64,000 nt of DNA, from positions 55,850 to 119,849 of the forward strand of contig JAEOSZ010000066.1 of assembly GCA_016840095.1 (NCBI GenBank), written 5' to 3'. Below the pieces are notes generated by a model. The model did no database searches and had not been told where the DNA came from. It was given only the letters and a program-made list of their open reading frames with translations. Position numbers and translations under genes: made by a program. Positions 9,918-19,894 of the stretch are shown in pieces. The stretch is from Candidatus Heimdallarchaeota archaeon (GTDB lineage Archaea; Asgardarchaeota; Heimdallarchaeia; Heimdallarchaeales; Heimdallarchaeaceae). Positions within the stretch are counted from its first letter, which is position 1; each line of letters opens with the position of its first letter.

Positions 9918-12182
9918 TTACACCTCTACATCACTTGAATGGAATAGAACATCTCGATTAATTGCGGATTTAAAGAGACCCAAGAGCAACTCATTTGTAG
10001 TTCTTATAGCTATAGGTACTGAATCGGCTGTTAGGAATGCAAAAACAGCCTCGTGATTTCCATCTAAAATACCACAATAGACGTCTTTCTTATCATAGTG
10101 TTTCAATTTTAATCCTGTAAATCTTTCTGAAAGTGGTCTTAAAATAGATTGATGTCTTTTATCAAAATAAGAAACCAAAGTAACTCGCTGTGCTTTAGTA
10201 TATTGCATCATCTCTTTAAGAAGGTCTTCATCAACTTCTGGTGTAACCAAGAGGAGCTCATAATTTGATCTCATGGCAATATCTGTTATACTTGCTTTGA
10301 TGGCCTCATCTCCAACAATGATTGAAGTATCATGTTGACCGTCAAAGGAATATGAAGAAGCAGCACTATCAACTTGTCTCAACTCATCTTCTCTAGTGTT
10401 AATAACTTGGTAGAAAGTCATTGCTTTCTCCAGCAGAGAATCCATTTGAAAGTCTAATATTTCATCTACGTCTTTTATAACAGCAGCTACTTGAGAAACT
10501 AGGGTGTTGATTTGTATCTCTTCACCTTCAGAAATCTGTTCAACTATCTGATCTTTCTGTTCATCTTTGTAATCCTTCAAATGTTGTTTTAGTTCAGTTA
10601 GTTGCATAGCTAATTGATTTCTTTTATCTTCTGATTTTTGTTGAAAGAGTTCTAAAGAGCCTTGTATTTTTTCTTTCAAATCAAGAGCCATTTTTTCAGA
10701 ATCTTGCTTTGATTTACTTAATTCTTTAATTGTGTCATCTTGAATCTTATTGATAATTTTCGTCTTTTCAGTGTCATGTACTTGAAAATCTTTCAATACT
10801 TGTTCTTTAGTCTCATTCAGTTGATTCACTACATTTTCTTTTAACTGCCCTGTAACTTCTGAACAGGAATCAAATGAAGAAGAGGCATAATTTTCTGTTT
10901 GATTTTGTAGTAGTTCCAAAAGATTCTTAGGAAGTAAATCAACTTTTTCCAATTTAGTACCTGTTAGTTCATTCTTCTTTGTTCGTACAGTTGTTTCTCC
11001 AGCTATTTGGAAATGGTCTAGTTTAGAACGTAAAGCATCTCTTACTTCATTCAAAGATAGTACATGTTGATCTATTAATTGTAATCCGCTCTCGTTCAAA
11101 TCATTAGCTAAATTACGAACTGTATCTCTAGCATCTTGAAGAGGTGATTCAACCTGTTTTTTCCCTTTGCTTAATGCTTCAGCAATTTTTGAAGATAAGA
11201 AGTTAGTCTGTCTGTCAATCTGCTCAACACTTCTTCTAAGTTCTTGTGTTTGTTTGATTTGACCAGAGAAGATATTATTCACTTCTGAAGATAACTCATC
11301 GACTACTTTTTTAGATTCTAGTGTCCAAGCACTATAAGCTTCCTGCCAAATTTTATTGTAATTATCAAGAAATGATTCTTGAACCTCAGTTAACTCATTA
11401 ACCAAATCCTTTAGAGCGTTATCTAAATCAGGAGCTAATTTTTCAAGAAATTCTTTATGATTTTCTGTATGGGCATCTAAACCATTGTTTATGATTTGTG
11501 TTAAGTTTTCAAAAGAACCTTTTATTTTTTCTTCAGTTGCATCTACTAAAACATCACTATTGTGCTTTGCTGTATGATGGAACTGTTTAACAAATGCATT
11601 AAGTTCTTGCACAAAAGTTTCCAGTTGAGCTGAAAAAACATAAGGCTGATCCATCACTTGATTCAGATATCCAGTTACTTCTTTTTCTGTTTCTGTTATG
11701 AAGGCAGAAGCAGTTGTTTCAGTTTGTTCACTATGCTCTAAATACTGCTGGAATAGTGCATCAACAACCTGTTTAATTATACCACTGACTACGTGAATGT
11801 CAAAAACAGTCCCTTCACCTGTTAATTCCAAGGTCCCTCCAAATTTATTTTTCTTTTCTTTGTAATCCTCTTTAGTTCCTTTTAACGCAGTAATAACACC
11901 ATCTAAGGAGTATAAAGCATCTTTTTCAATAACAATGTATTCTTTCAGAAAAGGAAGCATACCAAAGTATTGGGGAGTTTTTCCTGCTGTTTTCTTCAAG
12001 AAACCCAATTCTTCCAAGTTCTTAACTGATTGAATGAGGGTAAGAGGATCTAAACCTGTTACGACTAGTAACTCACCAATAGTTACTTTGCCTAATCCAA
12101 GTGTAGCAGAATACACTTTAATATCAATTTCATTAAAACCTATACGAGTTAATAATGGAGGTAGTATTTCTATTCTTGACAT
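9918..12182 (-). CDS. TrmB-like wHTH + long helical/coiled-coil region + C-terminal PLD-like domain
   Basis: The N-terminus (GF.E.DIKVY..L) is TrmB-like. About 500 aa of amphipathic helices follow, then a C-terminal ELLLVTP alpha/beta domain. Confidence 0.6.
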   Translation of the reverse strand: MSRIEILPPLLTRIGFNEIDIKVYSATLGLGKVTIGELLVVTGLDPLTLIQSVKNLEELGFLKKTAGKTPQYFGMLPFLKEYIVIEKDALYSLDGVITALKGTKEDYKEKKNKFGGTLELTGEGTVFDIHVVSGIIKQVVDALFQQYLEHSEQTETTASAFITETEKEVTGYLNQVMDQPYVFSAQLETFVQELNAFVKQFHHTAKHNSDVLVDATEEKIKGSFENLTQIINNGLDAHTENHKEFLEKLAPDLDNALKDLVNELTEVQESFLDNYNKIWQEAYSAWTLESKKVVDELSSEVNNIFSGQIKQTQELRRSVEQIDRQTNFLSSKIAEALSKGKKQVESPLQDARDTVRNLANDLNESGLQLIDQHVLSLNEVRDALRSKLDHFQIAGETTVRTKKNELTGTKLEKVDLLPKNLLELLQNQTENYASSSFDSCSEVTGQLKENVVNQLNETKEQVLKDFQVHDTEKTKIINKIQDDTIKELSKSKQDSEKMALDLKEKIQGSLELFQQKSEDKRNQLAMQLTELKQHLKDYKDEQKDQIVEQISEGEEIQINTLVSQVAAVIKDVDEILDFQMDSLLEKAMTFYQVINTREDELRQVDSAASSYSFDGQHDTSIIVGDEAIKASITDIAMRSNYELLLVTPEVDEDLLKEMMQYTKAQRVTLVSYFDKRHQSILRPLSERFTGLKLKHYDKKDVYCGILDGNHEAVFAFLTADSVPIAIRTTNELLLGLFKSAINRDVLFHSSDVEV

Positions 12183-12304
12183 TTTTTTCAGCCTTTTTTA
12201 CTTGTATTAAGTAGCTTTGGTTTACTACATAAATTTTATTGCAATAAAGAAATATTTTATCTTACTTAAAAAGAATATACAAAAGGCAAACCTGTTTTTT
12301 TGTT

Positions 12305-12958
12305 CTAGTCATCCTCTACCCCATTTCTAGGACAATAGGATTTCAAAAAACATTCGTTACATTTTGGTTTTAGTGCTTTGCAGATAGATCGTCCATGAGA
12401 GATTAGCAAATGTGTTATTCGCCCCCATTTTTTCTGAGGAAGAACCTGCATCAAGTCCTTTTCAATTTTGTAAGGATCTTTGTTAGCTGTTAAACCAAGT
12501 CTAAAAGAAATACGCTTAACATGTGTATCTACTGCTATTCCTTCATGAATTTTAAACCAGTCATTTAGAAGAACATTAGCTGTTTTTCTGCCAATTCCAG
12601 GTAAGCTCGTTAATTCTTTGAGAGATGTTGGTATCTGCGAATTGTATCTCTTAATCAGCTCCTTTGACATTTCATGGATGAACTTTGCCTTATTTCGATA
12701 TAAACCAACCTTAGAGATTGCTTTTTCAATTTCTTCAAGAGATGAATTTGCAAAAGATTCAGGGTCAGGATAAGAAGAAAACAGCTCTTTAGTTATGGAA
12801 TTTACTTGTTTATCTGTACTTTGAGCACTCAATATAGTAGCTACTAGTAATTGATAAGGAGTGTTATAATTAGATAACCCTCCTTTAAACTGAGGATAAT
12901 GTTCCTCAAGTTTTTCCAAATAAAAGAGGGTCCTTTTCTTAATTGAAGCACTCATCAA
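12305..12958 (-). CDS. nth: Endonuclease III
   Basis: LLVATILSAQSTD, HhH LPGIGRKTANV, VDTHV and the C-x6-C-x2-C-x5-C Fe-S motif. Confidence 0.96.
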   Translation of the reverse strand: MMSASIKKRTLFYLEKLEEHYPQFKGGLSNYNTPYQLLVATILSAQSTDKQVNSITKELFSSYPDPESFANSSLEEIEKAISKVGLYRNKAKFIHEMSKELIKRYNSQIPTSLKELTSLPGIGRKTANVLLNDWFKIHEGIAVDTHVKRISFRLGLTANKDPYKIEKDLMQVLPQKKWGRITHLLISHGRSICKALKPKCNECFLKSYCPRNGVEDD

Positions 12959-13085
12959 TGAAGAGGTAAAATGAAGTAATTTATATGTTTTCCAATAACA
13001 TATTCTTCAAGATAGAATTTTGTAAAATGTTAATACTTAAAATACTAGTTGAGAAGAAAGAACAAGCAATTTTAAGGAGATTTTA

Positions 13086-13649
13086 ATGAATACTTTTAAA
13101 GAAAGGCAACTAAACAGTAATTGGAAAGAAGTTGGATACATACTTCTCAAAAGTCTGATATTCACAGGATTTTTCGCAATTTTACATTATCTTTACTATT
13201 TAAATCCCAATCCTTTCTTCCAAGCAATATCTGGAAGAGATGAATCAGTTTTTCAGCATTTGAAAATGGGATTTTTTGGATACTTATTATTAATAGGAGT
13301 AGACTTCCTTATTAAAAGAAAGAAAATCGAGAATAGAAGTTCATTCACGTTTTCTAGGTTATTGACCAGTTTACTTGTACCATGGATAATTTTTGTTATC
13401 TGGTACTTGGTACCAGCAATAATTGGATTACCTTTATCCTTTGGTTGGGAATTAGCCTGGGCAATGATTGTTGTATTTATTACCGGTATTATGGGAGCTA
13501 TAATTGACAAAAATACCGAGAAACTGGAATTCAACTTATCAGTAAAAATAATTATTATTGGAATAGCATTGATTTCAGCTTTTATCTTTATATGGTTTTC
13601 ATTTGGAGAAGGTCCATGGATTGATGTTTTCACACTACATGAACATTGA
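13086..13649 (+). CDS. Multi-pass membrane protein (DUF6512-like)
   Basis: About 5 hydrophobic segments; LHYLY and ESVFQHLK motifs. Confidence 0.65.
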   Translation: MNTFKERQLNSNWKEVGYILLKSLIFTGFFAILHYLYYLNPNPFFQAISGRDESVFQHLKMGFFGYLLLIGVDFLIKRKKIENRSSFTFSRLLTSLLVPWIIFVIWYLVPAIIGLPLSFGWELAWAMIVVFITGIMGAIIDKNTEKLEFNLSVKIIIIGIALISAFIFIWFSFGEGPWIDVFTLHEH

Positions 13650-13796
13650 ATGAAAACATATTTTTCTTTTTTTACAATTACTACAAAACTGAACTATAAG
13701 ATGTAGAACAACGGCAGAATCATATACGTAAAGAAATATCAAATAGTTTAAATAGTATCCGAGAGTATAAATAAATTGTATAAAGGGGAATATAGA

Positions 13797-14366
13797 ATGG
13801 GTGCAGGACAACGGAAAATCTTCAAGATAACCTTACTTGGTGATGGTGCCGTAGGTAAGACAAGTCTCCGAAAAACCTATCTAGGAGAAGGTTTCAAAGA
13901 CGGCTATTCCATGACCATAGGTGCAGATTTCGCTGTTAAGCGTTTAAGAATTGATGATCAAGATTTTGTTGCACAAATCTGGGATCTTGCAGGCCAACAA
14001 AGGTTCTCTGCTGTTCGTGAGGTTTACTATCGAGGAACATCTGGTTGTTTATTGGTGTTTGATATTTCAAGGCGTTCTAGTTTTGAGAATATTCCATCGT
14101 GGATTGCAGAACTTCTCAAGAACAATAGTAATAGAGTCGTACCAATTGTATTGATTGGTAACAAGAGCGATCTTCGTGCTACAGCTAAAGATCCTATTAT
14201 GCGCGAACAATCAGAAGAATATGCTCGTAACCTCTCTGCTTGGTCAGGATTTACAGTTCCATATATTGAAACATCTGCAAAAACAGGTGAAAATGTCGAT
14301 GAGGCATTTAAGACTCTTCTAAAGAACATTGTTTTGTTCTACGAAAAATTATATGCACAACAATAA
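13797..14366 (+). CDS. Rab-like small GTPase (eukaryotic signature protein)
   Basis: GDGAVGKT, TIGADF, WDLAGQ, NKSD and ETSAK boxes; no C-terminal prenylation Cys. Confidence 0.93.
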   Translation: MGAGQRKIFKITLLGDGAVGKTSLRKTYLGEGFKDGYSMTIGADFAVKRLRIDDQDFVAQIWDLAGQQRFSAVREVYYRGTSGCLLVFDISRRSSFENIPSWIAELLKNNSNRVVPIVLIGNKSDLRATAKDPIMREQSEEYARNLSAWSGFTVPYIETSAKTGENVDEAFKTLLKNIVLFYEKLYAQQ

Positions 14367-14392
14367 GGAAATTATTCCTTTTCTTTATTTTA

Positions 14393-15190
14393 TTATTGAT
14401 TATTAACTCGTATATTCATAGTATCTTCATCAAATTCGGGATGAAGCGAAACGGTTCCATCTTCGTTTACATTTAGAATCTTCATCTGCTCTAATTCAGA
14501 AATGTACTTTCTTGTTTGAGATAGAGAGACGCCGAGTACAAAAGAAAGTTGAATTGGGGCTATAACACCCATCCTTCTTAGCAAATTTATAATGTTGAAT
14601 CTTGGATCAGAAGTGACTATTCTTTCTAGAACACTTTTCTGTTTCATCCATTTTTCCATTTCTTTTGTGATTTTCTCCATCTTATCTTCGAGTTCCTTCT
14701 TTTCTGCTTCTATAGCAACAATTTGATCAGATAATTCATAAATCAGAGATTCTCTTTCCTCTAGAAGAAGATTAAGCATATCTTTTTCCCTTTGAAAATC
14801 TTCTATAACTCTTGTATCAACACTTCCATTTTCAGAGGAATCACTTGGTTTCTTCTGAATTTTCCTTCTATCTTGCTGATATGGTGATACCGAAAACATA
14901 CTTGATAAGAAATTAAAAAGCCTAAAGAATTCTGATTTCATTTCTGAAATTATGACTTCTGAAGAATTTTCTAGAAGTTCATTTACATATCGTATTGCAG
15001 GATCTAGTTCTAGAGTTGATTCCTGTTTCTTTTTCTTAGTTTTTTCTACTTTCCCTTCCTTCTTAGGAGCTTTGAGATTTTCTTTTAGTTCTTCAACTTC
15101 TTCAGAAAGTTTGGTGATTTCTGATGCTATTTCATGAAATTCGTCTTCTTCTACAGGTTCTTTCTCTTCGTAATTTTCCATCAAAATCAT
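14393..15190 (-). CDS. Coiled-coil protein with C-terminal winged helix
   Basis: Heptad-rich middle region and C-terminal LSFVLGVSLSQTRKYISELE HTH. Confidence 0.6.
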   Translation of the reverse strand: MILMENYEEKEPVEEDEFHEIASEITKLSEEVEELKENLKAPKKEGKVEKTKKKKQESTLELDPAIRYVNELLENSSEVIISEMKSEFFRLFNFLSSMFSVSPYQQDRRKIQKKPSDSSENGSVDTRVIEDFQREKDMLNLLLEERESLIYELSDQIVAIEAEKKELEDKMEKITKEMEKWMKQKSVLERIVTSDPRFNIINLLRRMGVIAPIQLSFVLGVSLSQTRKYISELEQMKILNVNEDGTVSLHPEFDEDTMNIRVNNQ

Positions 15191-16021
15191 CTATATTTTT
15201 GCGGTTGATTCTATCTTAAAGCCTTCAATTTCGGATGGAGTAAGATCTAGGTTTTCGCTTACGAATGCTACACCCATCAATTTGGTAATAGCAAAAGTAT
15301 CCTTTATTCTACTACCAACAGTGCTTCTTGAGAAGTAGAATATCCCTTGAGCTGCATTCATAATTATTCTTTCAGCAACAGGATCAAGAACACCTTGTGG
15401 TAATAGGAAGAAATGTATGCCACCTATTTTTGTTATGGATGTTATAATTGATTTTAGAAAAGTAATCAAATCATTTGAATCTTCGTCTAATCTGTCTTCC
15501 TTCATCCATAATAAATCATCAAAAACACTGAAGCATTGTTTCTTTTGATTTTCTTTAACATGAACCATTCTATCAATAACTCTCTTGACATAAGTTTTTC
15601 TTCGTACTTCTATTTTGCCTAGTTTGAGAGAAGAAGTCATTGAAGAACTTGATAGATCAAACATATTCTCAAAATACCAATTTTTACCTTCGAAGGGTTT
15701 TACATCCCATTCATAAGCTTTGAATGAGTTTAGAACATGACCATAAGGACGACTACTATGAACATAAAAAATAACATTTTCACTATTCTGAGCCCAATTA
15801 AGAAGGATTCTTTGAATAAACAGTGTTGGTATAACAGTTTCAGAAGGATAACTCACCAAAATCAGAGAACCAGAAGGCAATCCTTTTCGTGACGACATTT
15901 CCATGCCCAATTTCTGATCAAGTGATCTGATACCAGTTTGAAATAGATCTCCTCTTTCATCCTTTGATGAATTTGTTTTTCCTATACGATTTATACCCCC
16001 AGGTGGTGAGTCCATACCCAT
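15191..16021 (-). CDS. KaiC/RAD55-like RecA-fold protein with degenerate Walker A
   Basis: TGIRSLD...GLPSGSLILV start; P-loop replaced by SYPSETVIPT; Walker B-like SVFDDL. Confidence 0.7.
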   Translation of the reverse strand: MGMDSPPGGINRIGKTNSSKDERGDLFQTGIRSLDQKLGMEMSSRKGLPSGSLILVSYPSETVIPTLFIQRILLNWAQNSENVIFYVHSSRPYGHVLNSFKAYEWDVKPFEGKNWYFENMFDLSSSSMTSSLKLGKIEVRRKTYVKRVIDRMVHVKENQKKQCFSVFDDLLWMKEDRLDEDSNDLITFLKSIITSITKIGGIHFFLLPQGVLDPVAERIIMNAAQGIFYFSRSTVGSRIKDTFAITKLMGVAFVSENLDLTPSEIEGFKIESTAKI

Positions 16022-16050
16022 TGAACATTCCTCAATTAGTGTTTAATTTG

Positions 16051-16575
16051 CTAAAATTGCTCCAATTCCCTTAGCGCAAGTTCCAAATCAGATATGAATT
16101 CATCTTGAACTTTCTTTTCTTCTTCAACAACAACAGGTTGAGGAGTAACTACAGGCTGAACTTCAGGAGCAGGAACAGGTTTTGCTTCAACATCCAGAAT
16201 ATTTCGGATCTTTTCAGCAGCAATTTTCATAGTTCTTCTTACCATTCCAAGAGCTACTCCTGTATCAGTAATTAAACACAAAACTGTACTTCCGCAACTT
16301 GCTACTAAAATTAAACCATCTGAAAATTCAGAGATAATAATATCTAATACAGCTAATCCAACATTTGTTCCTTGTTGTTCACTAGCTAAATAAACTGCAC
16401 TTGCTATTGCTCCAAGAGCTTCTGTTTCAAACTCATCGAAAGCAAATCTTGAAGAGTAAGCTAGTGTTAATCCTGTCTTATCAGCTAATATTACATGATT
16501 AATATTAGCATCACTTGTTATAATTTCATGAAGTATTGTATTTATTTGGTCAGCACCATACAAGCATATCACCAA
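16051..16575 (-). CDS. Roadblock/LC7 domain protein
   Basis: ILADKTGL.LA, LGAIASA and LGMVR pattern, with a Pro-rich linker and C-terminal helix. Confidence 0.85.
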   Translation of the reverse strand: MVICLYGADQINTILHEIITSDANINHVILADKTGLTLAYSSRFAFDEFETEALGAIASAVYLASEQQGTNVGLAVLDIIISEFSDGLILVASCGSTVLCLITDTGVALGMVRRTMKIAAEKIRNILDVEAKPVPAPEVQPVVTPQPVVVEEEKKVQDEFISDLELALRELEQF

Positions 16576-16694
16576 GTATTTACGACATCTCTTAATGTTT
16601 ATTTATTGTTTAAACTATTTAAAGATTAATACAGCTGTAGTCGTACTAGCTTTTATCAAACAAACTTTAAAAAGGTGTTGTAAAATTAAGCTCC

Positions 16695-17372
16695 ATGACT
16701 AGAATAACCTATCCAATAATTATTCTAAATTTTAAAAATTATGAAGAGACAATTGGGGAAAGAGGATTAAAACTTTCAAAAATTGCAGATGAAGTTGCTA
16801 AAGAACTTGGTGTTTCAATTGCAGTTTGCCCACAAACTGTTGACTTAAGAAAAACTGTTGAAGAAGTAATCATTCCAGTCTTAGCGCAACATGTAGATTC
16901 AAATGATTTTGGAAGTTATACAGGAAATAATATCATGCAAGCTATAATAGAAACTGGAGCAATTGGATCTCTTGTAAATCACTCTGAACATAGATTGAAG
17001 TTAGCAGATATAGAAAAGATTGTTCAAAAAGCAAATACCTTAGATTTCTTCACATGTGTATGCTCTAATAATCTACAAACAAGCAAGGCCATTGCTGCTT
17101 TAAATCCTATTGCATGTGCAATGGAACCACCTGAACTAATTGGAAGTGGAGTATCTGTAACTACACAACCTCAATTGGTTAAGGATACAATCAAGGCAAT
17201 ATTAGATATCAACTCGAATGTTCAACCTTTGGTTGGTGCAGGTGTATCAACAAATCAAGATGTTCTAGAAGCAATTCAATTAGGAGCCAAAGGAGTTCTT
17301 TTAGCTTCGGGTTTTGTGAAAGCTAAAGAACCAAAAGAAGTATTATTAAAAATGGCACAAGCAATTTTATAA
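16695..17372 (+). CDS. tpiA: Triosephosphate isomerase (archaeal type)
   Basis: NFKNY, NHSEH, EPPELIGSG and GVLLASG motifs. Confidence 0.96.
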   Translation: MTRITYPIIILNFKNYEETIGERGLKLSKIADEVAKELGVSIAVCPQTVDLRKTVEEVIIPVLAQHVDSNDFGSYTGNNIMQAIIETGAIGSLVNHSEHRLKLADIEKIVQKANTLDFFTCVCSNNLQTSKAIAALNPIACAMEPPELIGSGVSVTTQPQLVKDTIKAILDINSNVQPLVGAGVSTNQDVLEAIQLGAKGVLLASGFVKAKEPKEVLLKMAQAIL

Positions 17373-17411
17373 TTTATTAAAAAAAGTTGTAGGGAATCAA
17401 TCAGTTCCTTA

Positions 17412-17879
17412 CTAGTTTCTTTTCCACATTGTTTTTTCGCCTTGTTGTATCTGTGTAAGGATACCGGCTTCAGCCATTTGTTCTAAGGATTTAACGAATT
17501 CTTCCTTTGAAATTGGAGAACTTCCCTGCTTCAATGCTGCAAATTGGCAAGCTGCAAAAATTGCATCTTCAAACATAAATTTAGAAGAACTATAGGATTC
17601 AAGTATAATATCCATATTAGGAATATCGTGTTCTTTAACTGAAACCTTTTCCTCTTTTTTTACTTCTTTTGTATAAGTTTTTTTCTCAGGAGCAACAGTT
17701 TCCCCAATCATCTTTTTCAAACTTTTCCCTCCAGATTGTTCTCCAAAACCGTATAATTCAGCTAACCAGTGAATTGCATGATTAACAAATGAATCAACAG
17801 ATTCAAAATTATTCTCACTAACAAGTTTCTCTATATATTCATACAGCTTCTCAGGTATTTTTGCATCAAAAGATTTCAT
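17412..17879 (-). CDS. Ribbon-helix-helix protein with C-terminal wHTH-like domain
   Basis: N-terminal KIPEKLY..IEKLV....F.S..SFV..AI RHH pattern. Confidence 0.6.
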   Translation of the reverse strand: MKSFDAKIPEKLYEYIEKLVSENNFESVDSFVNHAIHWLAELYGFGEQSGGKSLKKMIGETVAPEKKTYTKEVKKEEKVSVKEHDIPNMDIILESYSSSKFMFEDAIFAACQFAALKQGSSPISKEEFVKSLEQMAEAGILTQIQQGEKTMWKRN

Positions 17880-17992
17880 ACATCATCAATCCTATTGAAT
17901 TTATTCAACGATAAAATATTCTTTGTTGTGTTTTAAACTGTTTTTATCTAGGTTATGGGACTGCAAGAAATAAATGAATAAAATGTTGATAA

Positions 17993-18062
17993 AGGCGTCC
18001 TGCTGTTTTCCTATCATGTGTGTGAAGAGCACATCTAAGCCGTCTCAACCAGTCATTCGCCT
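17993..18062 (-). ncRNA. Candidate ~70-nt structured small RNA (possible degenerate box C/D sRNA)
   Basis: GC-rich island in an AT-rich gap with a terminal stem (AGGCG/CGCCU), an internal AUGUG/CACAU stem, and AUGACU and AUGAUA box-like motifs. An upstream BRE/TATA-like GAAAAACTTATA is present. Confidence 0.3.
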
Positions 18063-18118
18063 AACAATATTAAGAAGAAAATGAAGTATAAGTTTTTCTG
18101 TAAGAGTTTTATTATCTA

Positions 18119-18286
18119 CTATGAAGTTTTACGACCACGCTTGTATTGAGTGAAACCACACTTCCCACAAGTTTGACGATCTGGATGTTCTGCCATATAT
18201 ACTGCATCACCACAACGCTCACAAATCTTCTTTGTTCTAACTACCTTTTCGCCTTCTATTTTGTATCTCTTATGTGCATTGCTCAT
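18119..18286 (-). CDS. rps27ae: 30S ribosomal protein S27ae (eS31), no ubiquitin fusion; missing from ORF track
   Basis: Hand translation MSNAHKRYKIEGEKVVRTKKICERCGDAVYMAEHPDRQTCGKCGFTQYKRGRKTS; follows rps24e. Confidence 0.95.
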   Translation of the reverse strand: MSNAHKRYKIEGEKVVRTKKICERCGDAVYMAEHPDRQTCGKCGFTQYKRGRKTS

Positions 18287-18297
18287 ATTTTTTACAC

Positions 18298-18594
18298 CTA
18301 TTCTTTCTTATCTTCTAAAACTCCAGATCTTTTTAGTAAGTGCTTTCTTTCGACTTCAATAGCCCGTTCTGAAGTATTGTAAGCATGAATTGTAGCGCGA
18401 GTGATGCCAATTCCAAACATTGTTTGCATTTTAATTAATACAACTTGGTTTTTCTCTTTGTTAACCTCTGCAGCAACTCTTGCAAGAACAGCATCTCTTG
18501 TAGGAACAGGTTCCCCTTGATGATCTATCTCTACATCAAGTTCCATCCTATCAAGTAGTTTATTTTCTGTTTTCTTATCGATTTTAATTTTCAT
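18298..18594 (-). CDS. rps24e: 30S ribosomal protein S24e
   Basis: ENKLLDR.E, H.G.PVPTR and T.FG.G motifs. Confidence 0.95.
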   Translation of the reverse strand: MKIKIDKKTENKLLDRMELDVEIDHQGEPVPTRDAVLARVAAEVNKEKNQVVLIKMQTMFGIGITRATIHAYNTSERAIEVERKHLLKRSGVLEDKKE

Positions 18595-19135
18595 TGATTT
18601 TCACCATTTTCTGAATTAATTTCTTCACTTTTTTCTTCATTTCTTCTGTGACTGTAACTACTACTAGTCCTTCATTTGGTTGTCCATATAAGACTTTTGA
18701 ATTATAAGGAGTTTCCAGTATAGCTGGAAGCACCAGTAAATCCTCTTCACCAGTTATTTTTATAATAATTTTGATATCATCCTTTTTTAGAACATCTGTA
18801 ATTATTTTCCATGCTTCTAATGTAATTGTTCCTACGGGATTTGTTACTTTTACTTCAAAGAAATCGGTTATGTCGACTATATCAACTTTTTTTCTTTGAA
18901 CATGATCATCGATAATTGCTAAATTGGGAATGAGCTTTTTCTCTAAAAGAGTTCGAGTACTTTCATCTCCAACTGTTATAATTTTACAAATATCCTTGTT
19001 GGTTTCTATTAAACTAACAAATTCATCTATTTCTTCATCAGTAGATAGAACAATATCTAATGGGGCTTTAAAATAACGCCTTTCATCTTCAGGTAAGATG
19101 TAATAACCCTTATTGGAAAAATCCACTATTTTCAC
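18584..19135 (-). CDS. GTP-dependent dephospho-CoA kinase (DUF359)
   Basis: ITVGD, V.NP.GTIT, GEEDLLVLP and YGQPNEG motifs; conserved position. Confidence 0.9.
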   Translation of the reverse strand: MKIVDFSNKGYYILPEDERRYFKAPLDIVLSTDEEIDEFVSLIETNKDICKIITVGDESTRTLLEKKLIPNLAIIDDHVQRKKVDIVDITDFFEVKVTNPVGTITLEAWKIITDVLKKDDIKIIIKITGEEDLLVLPAILETPYNSKVLYGQPNEGLVVVTVTEEMKKKVKKLIQKMVKINEN

Positions 19136-19320
19136 CGTACTCGTAGTGCATAGTGTCCCTTTTTGTTGATTTTCATTCTTTGAGAAACTTCACTATCTTC
19201 AGGATTTAGGATGAATATCTCTCCAGTATACTCAGAAGAGAGATCTTGTGTTTTACAATTTTGGCACATATTAGCAGTTTTTTCAGCAATTAGATGACAT
19301 ACTCGACATGCTTTTGACAT
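19132..19320 (-). CDS. spt4: Transcription elongation factor Spt4 (RpoE'')
   Basis: KACRVC..CQNC zinc ribbon and G.YALRVR end. Confidence 0.95.
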   Translation of the reverse strand: MSKACRVCHLIAEKTANMCQNCKTQDLSSEYTGEIFILNPEDSEVSQRMKINKKGHYALRVR

Positions 19321-19321
19321 A

Positions 19322-19894
19322 CTATGCAGCCTCCTCAGCTTTCTTTGGATTCTTCAAATCTTTCTTCCATTCTTCTATCCAATCAATTGCTCCAAGAGAA
19401 TCTTGACGCATAGTTAAACCAACTCGAATAGCTGTTTTGCCTATACTAACAGCAATTACTCTAGCTCGAACCCTTGTATTAACCAGCAAATCTCGTTTGG
19501 ATTTATCCCCTCTTAGAACAGCATTCTTAGGGATGTATCTAAAATAGTCATCTGCAATTTGAGACACATGACATAAAGCATCAATAGTTCCTATTCTAAC
19601 AAATGCTCCAAAGTCAACACATTCAACTACTTCACCAGTTACAACTTCACCTATCTCTGGTAAATAGCATAATAAACCAAAATCAGTTTCATAATATGCC
19701 CCCCCATCTCCTGAAATCAGTTTACCTTGATATATTTTTTCAATTTCTGTAACTGCTACAATGAATCCTAAATCAGGATCGATTTTACCTTCAAAGTTTT
19801 CTCTTGCAATTTCTACTAAAACTTGTGAAAGATCTTCATCGAATCTATTTGGAGGTACTCTGAGTGTATCCTTTACCTTGACGCTATAATACAA
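19322..19894 (-). CDS. rpo7: RNA polymerase subunit Rpo7 (E')
   Basis: VPP..F, GDGGAY, FGAFVRIG.IDAL.HVSQ and GLTMRQ motifs. Confidence 0.96.
   Translation of the reverse strand: MYYSVKVKDTLRVPPNRFDEDLSQVLVEIARENFEGKIDPDLGFIVAVTEIEKIYQGKLISGDGGAYYETDFGLLCYLPEIGEVVTGEVVECVDFGAFVRIGTIDALCHVSQIADDYFRYIPKNAVLRGDKSKRDLLVNTRVRARVIAVSIGKTAIRVGLTMRQDSLGAIDWIEEWKKDLKNPKKAEEAA

Noticed and set aside
17993-18062. SECIS element or tRNA
   Set aside because: There is no cloverleaf or T-loop, and no in-frame UGA selenoprotein candidate in the adjacent upstream genes.
18146-18382. 78-aa plus-strand ORF
   Set aside because: It is antisense to rps27ae and rps24e.
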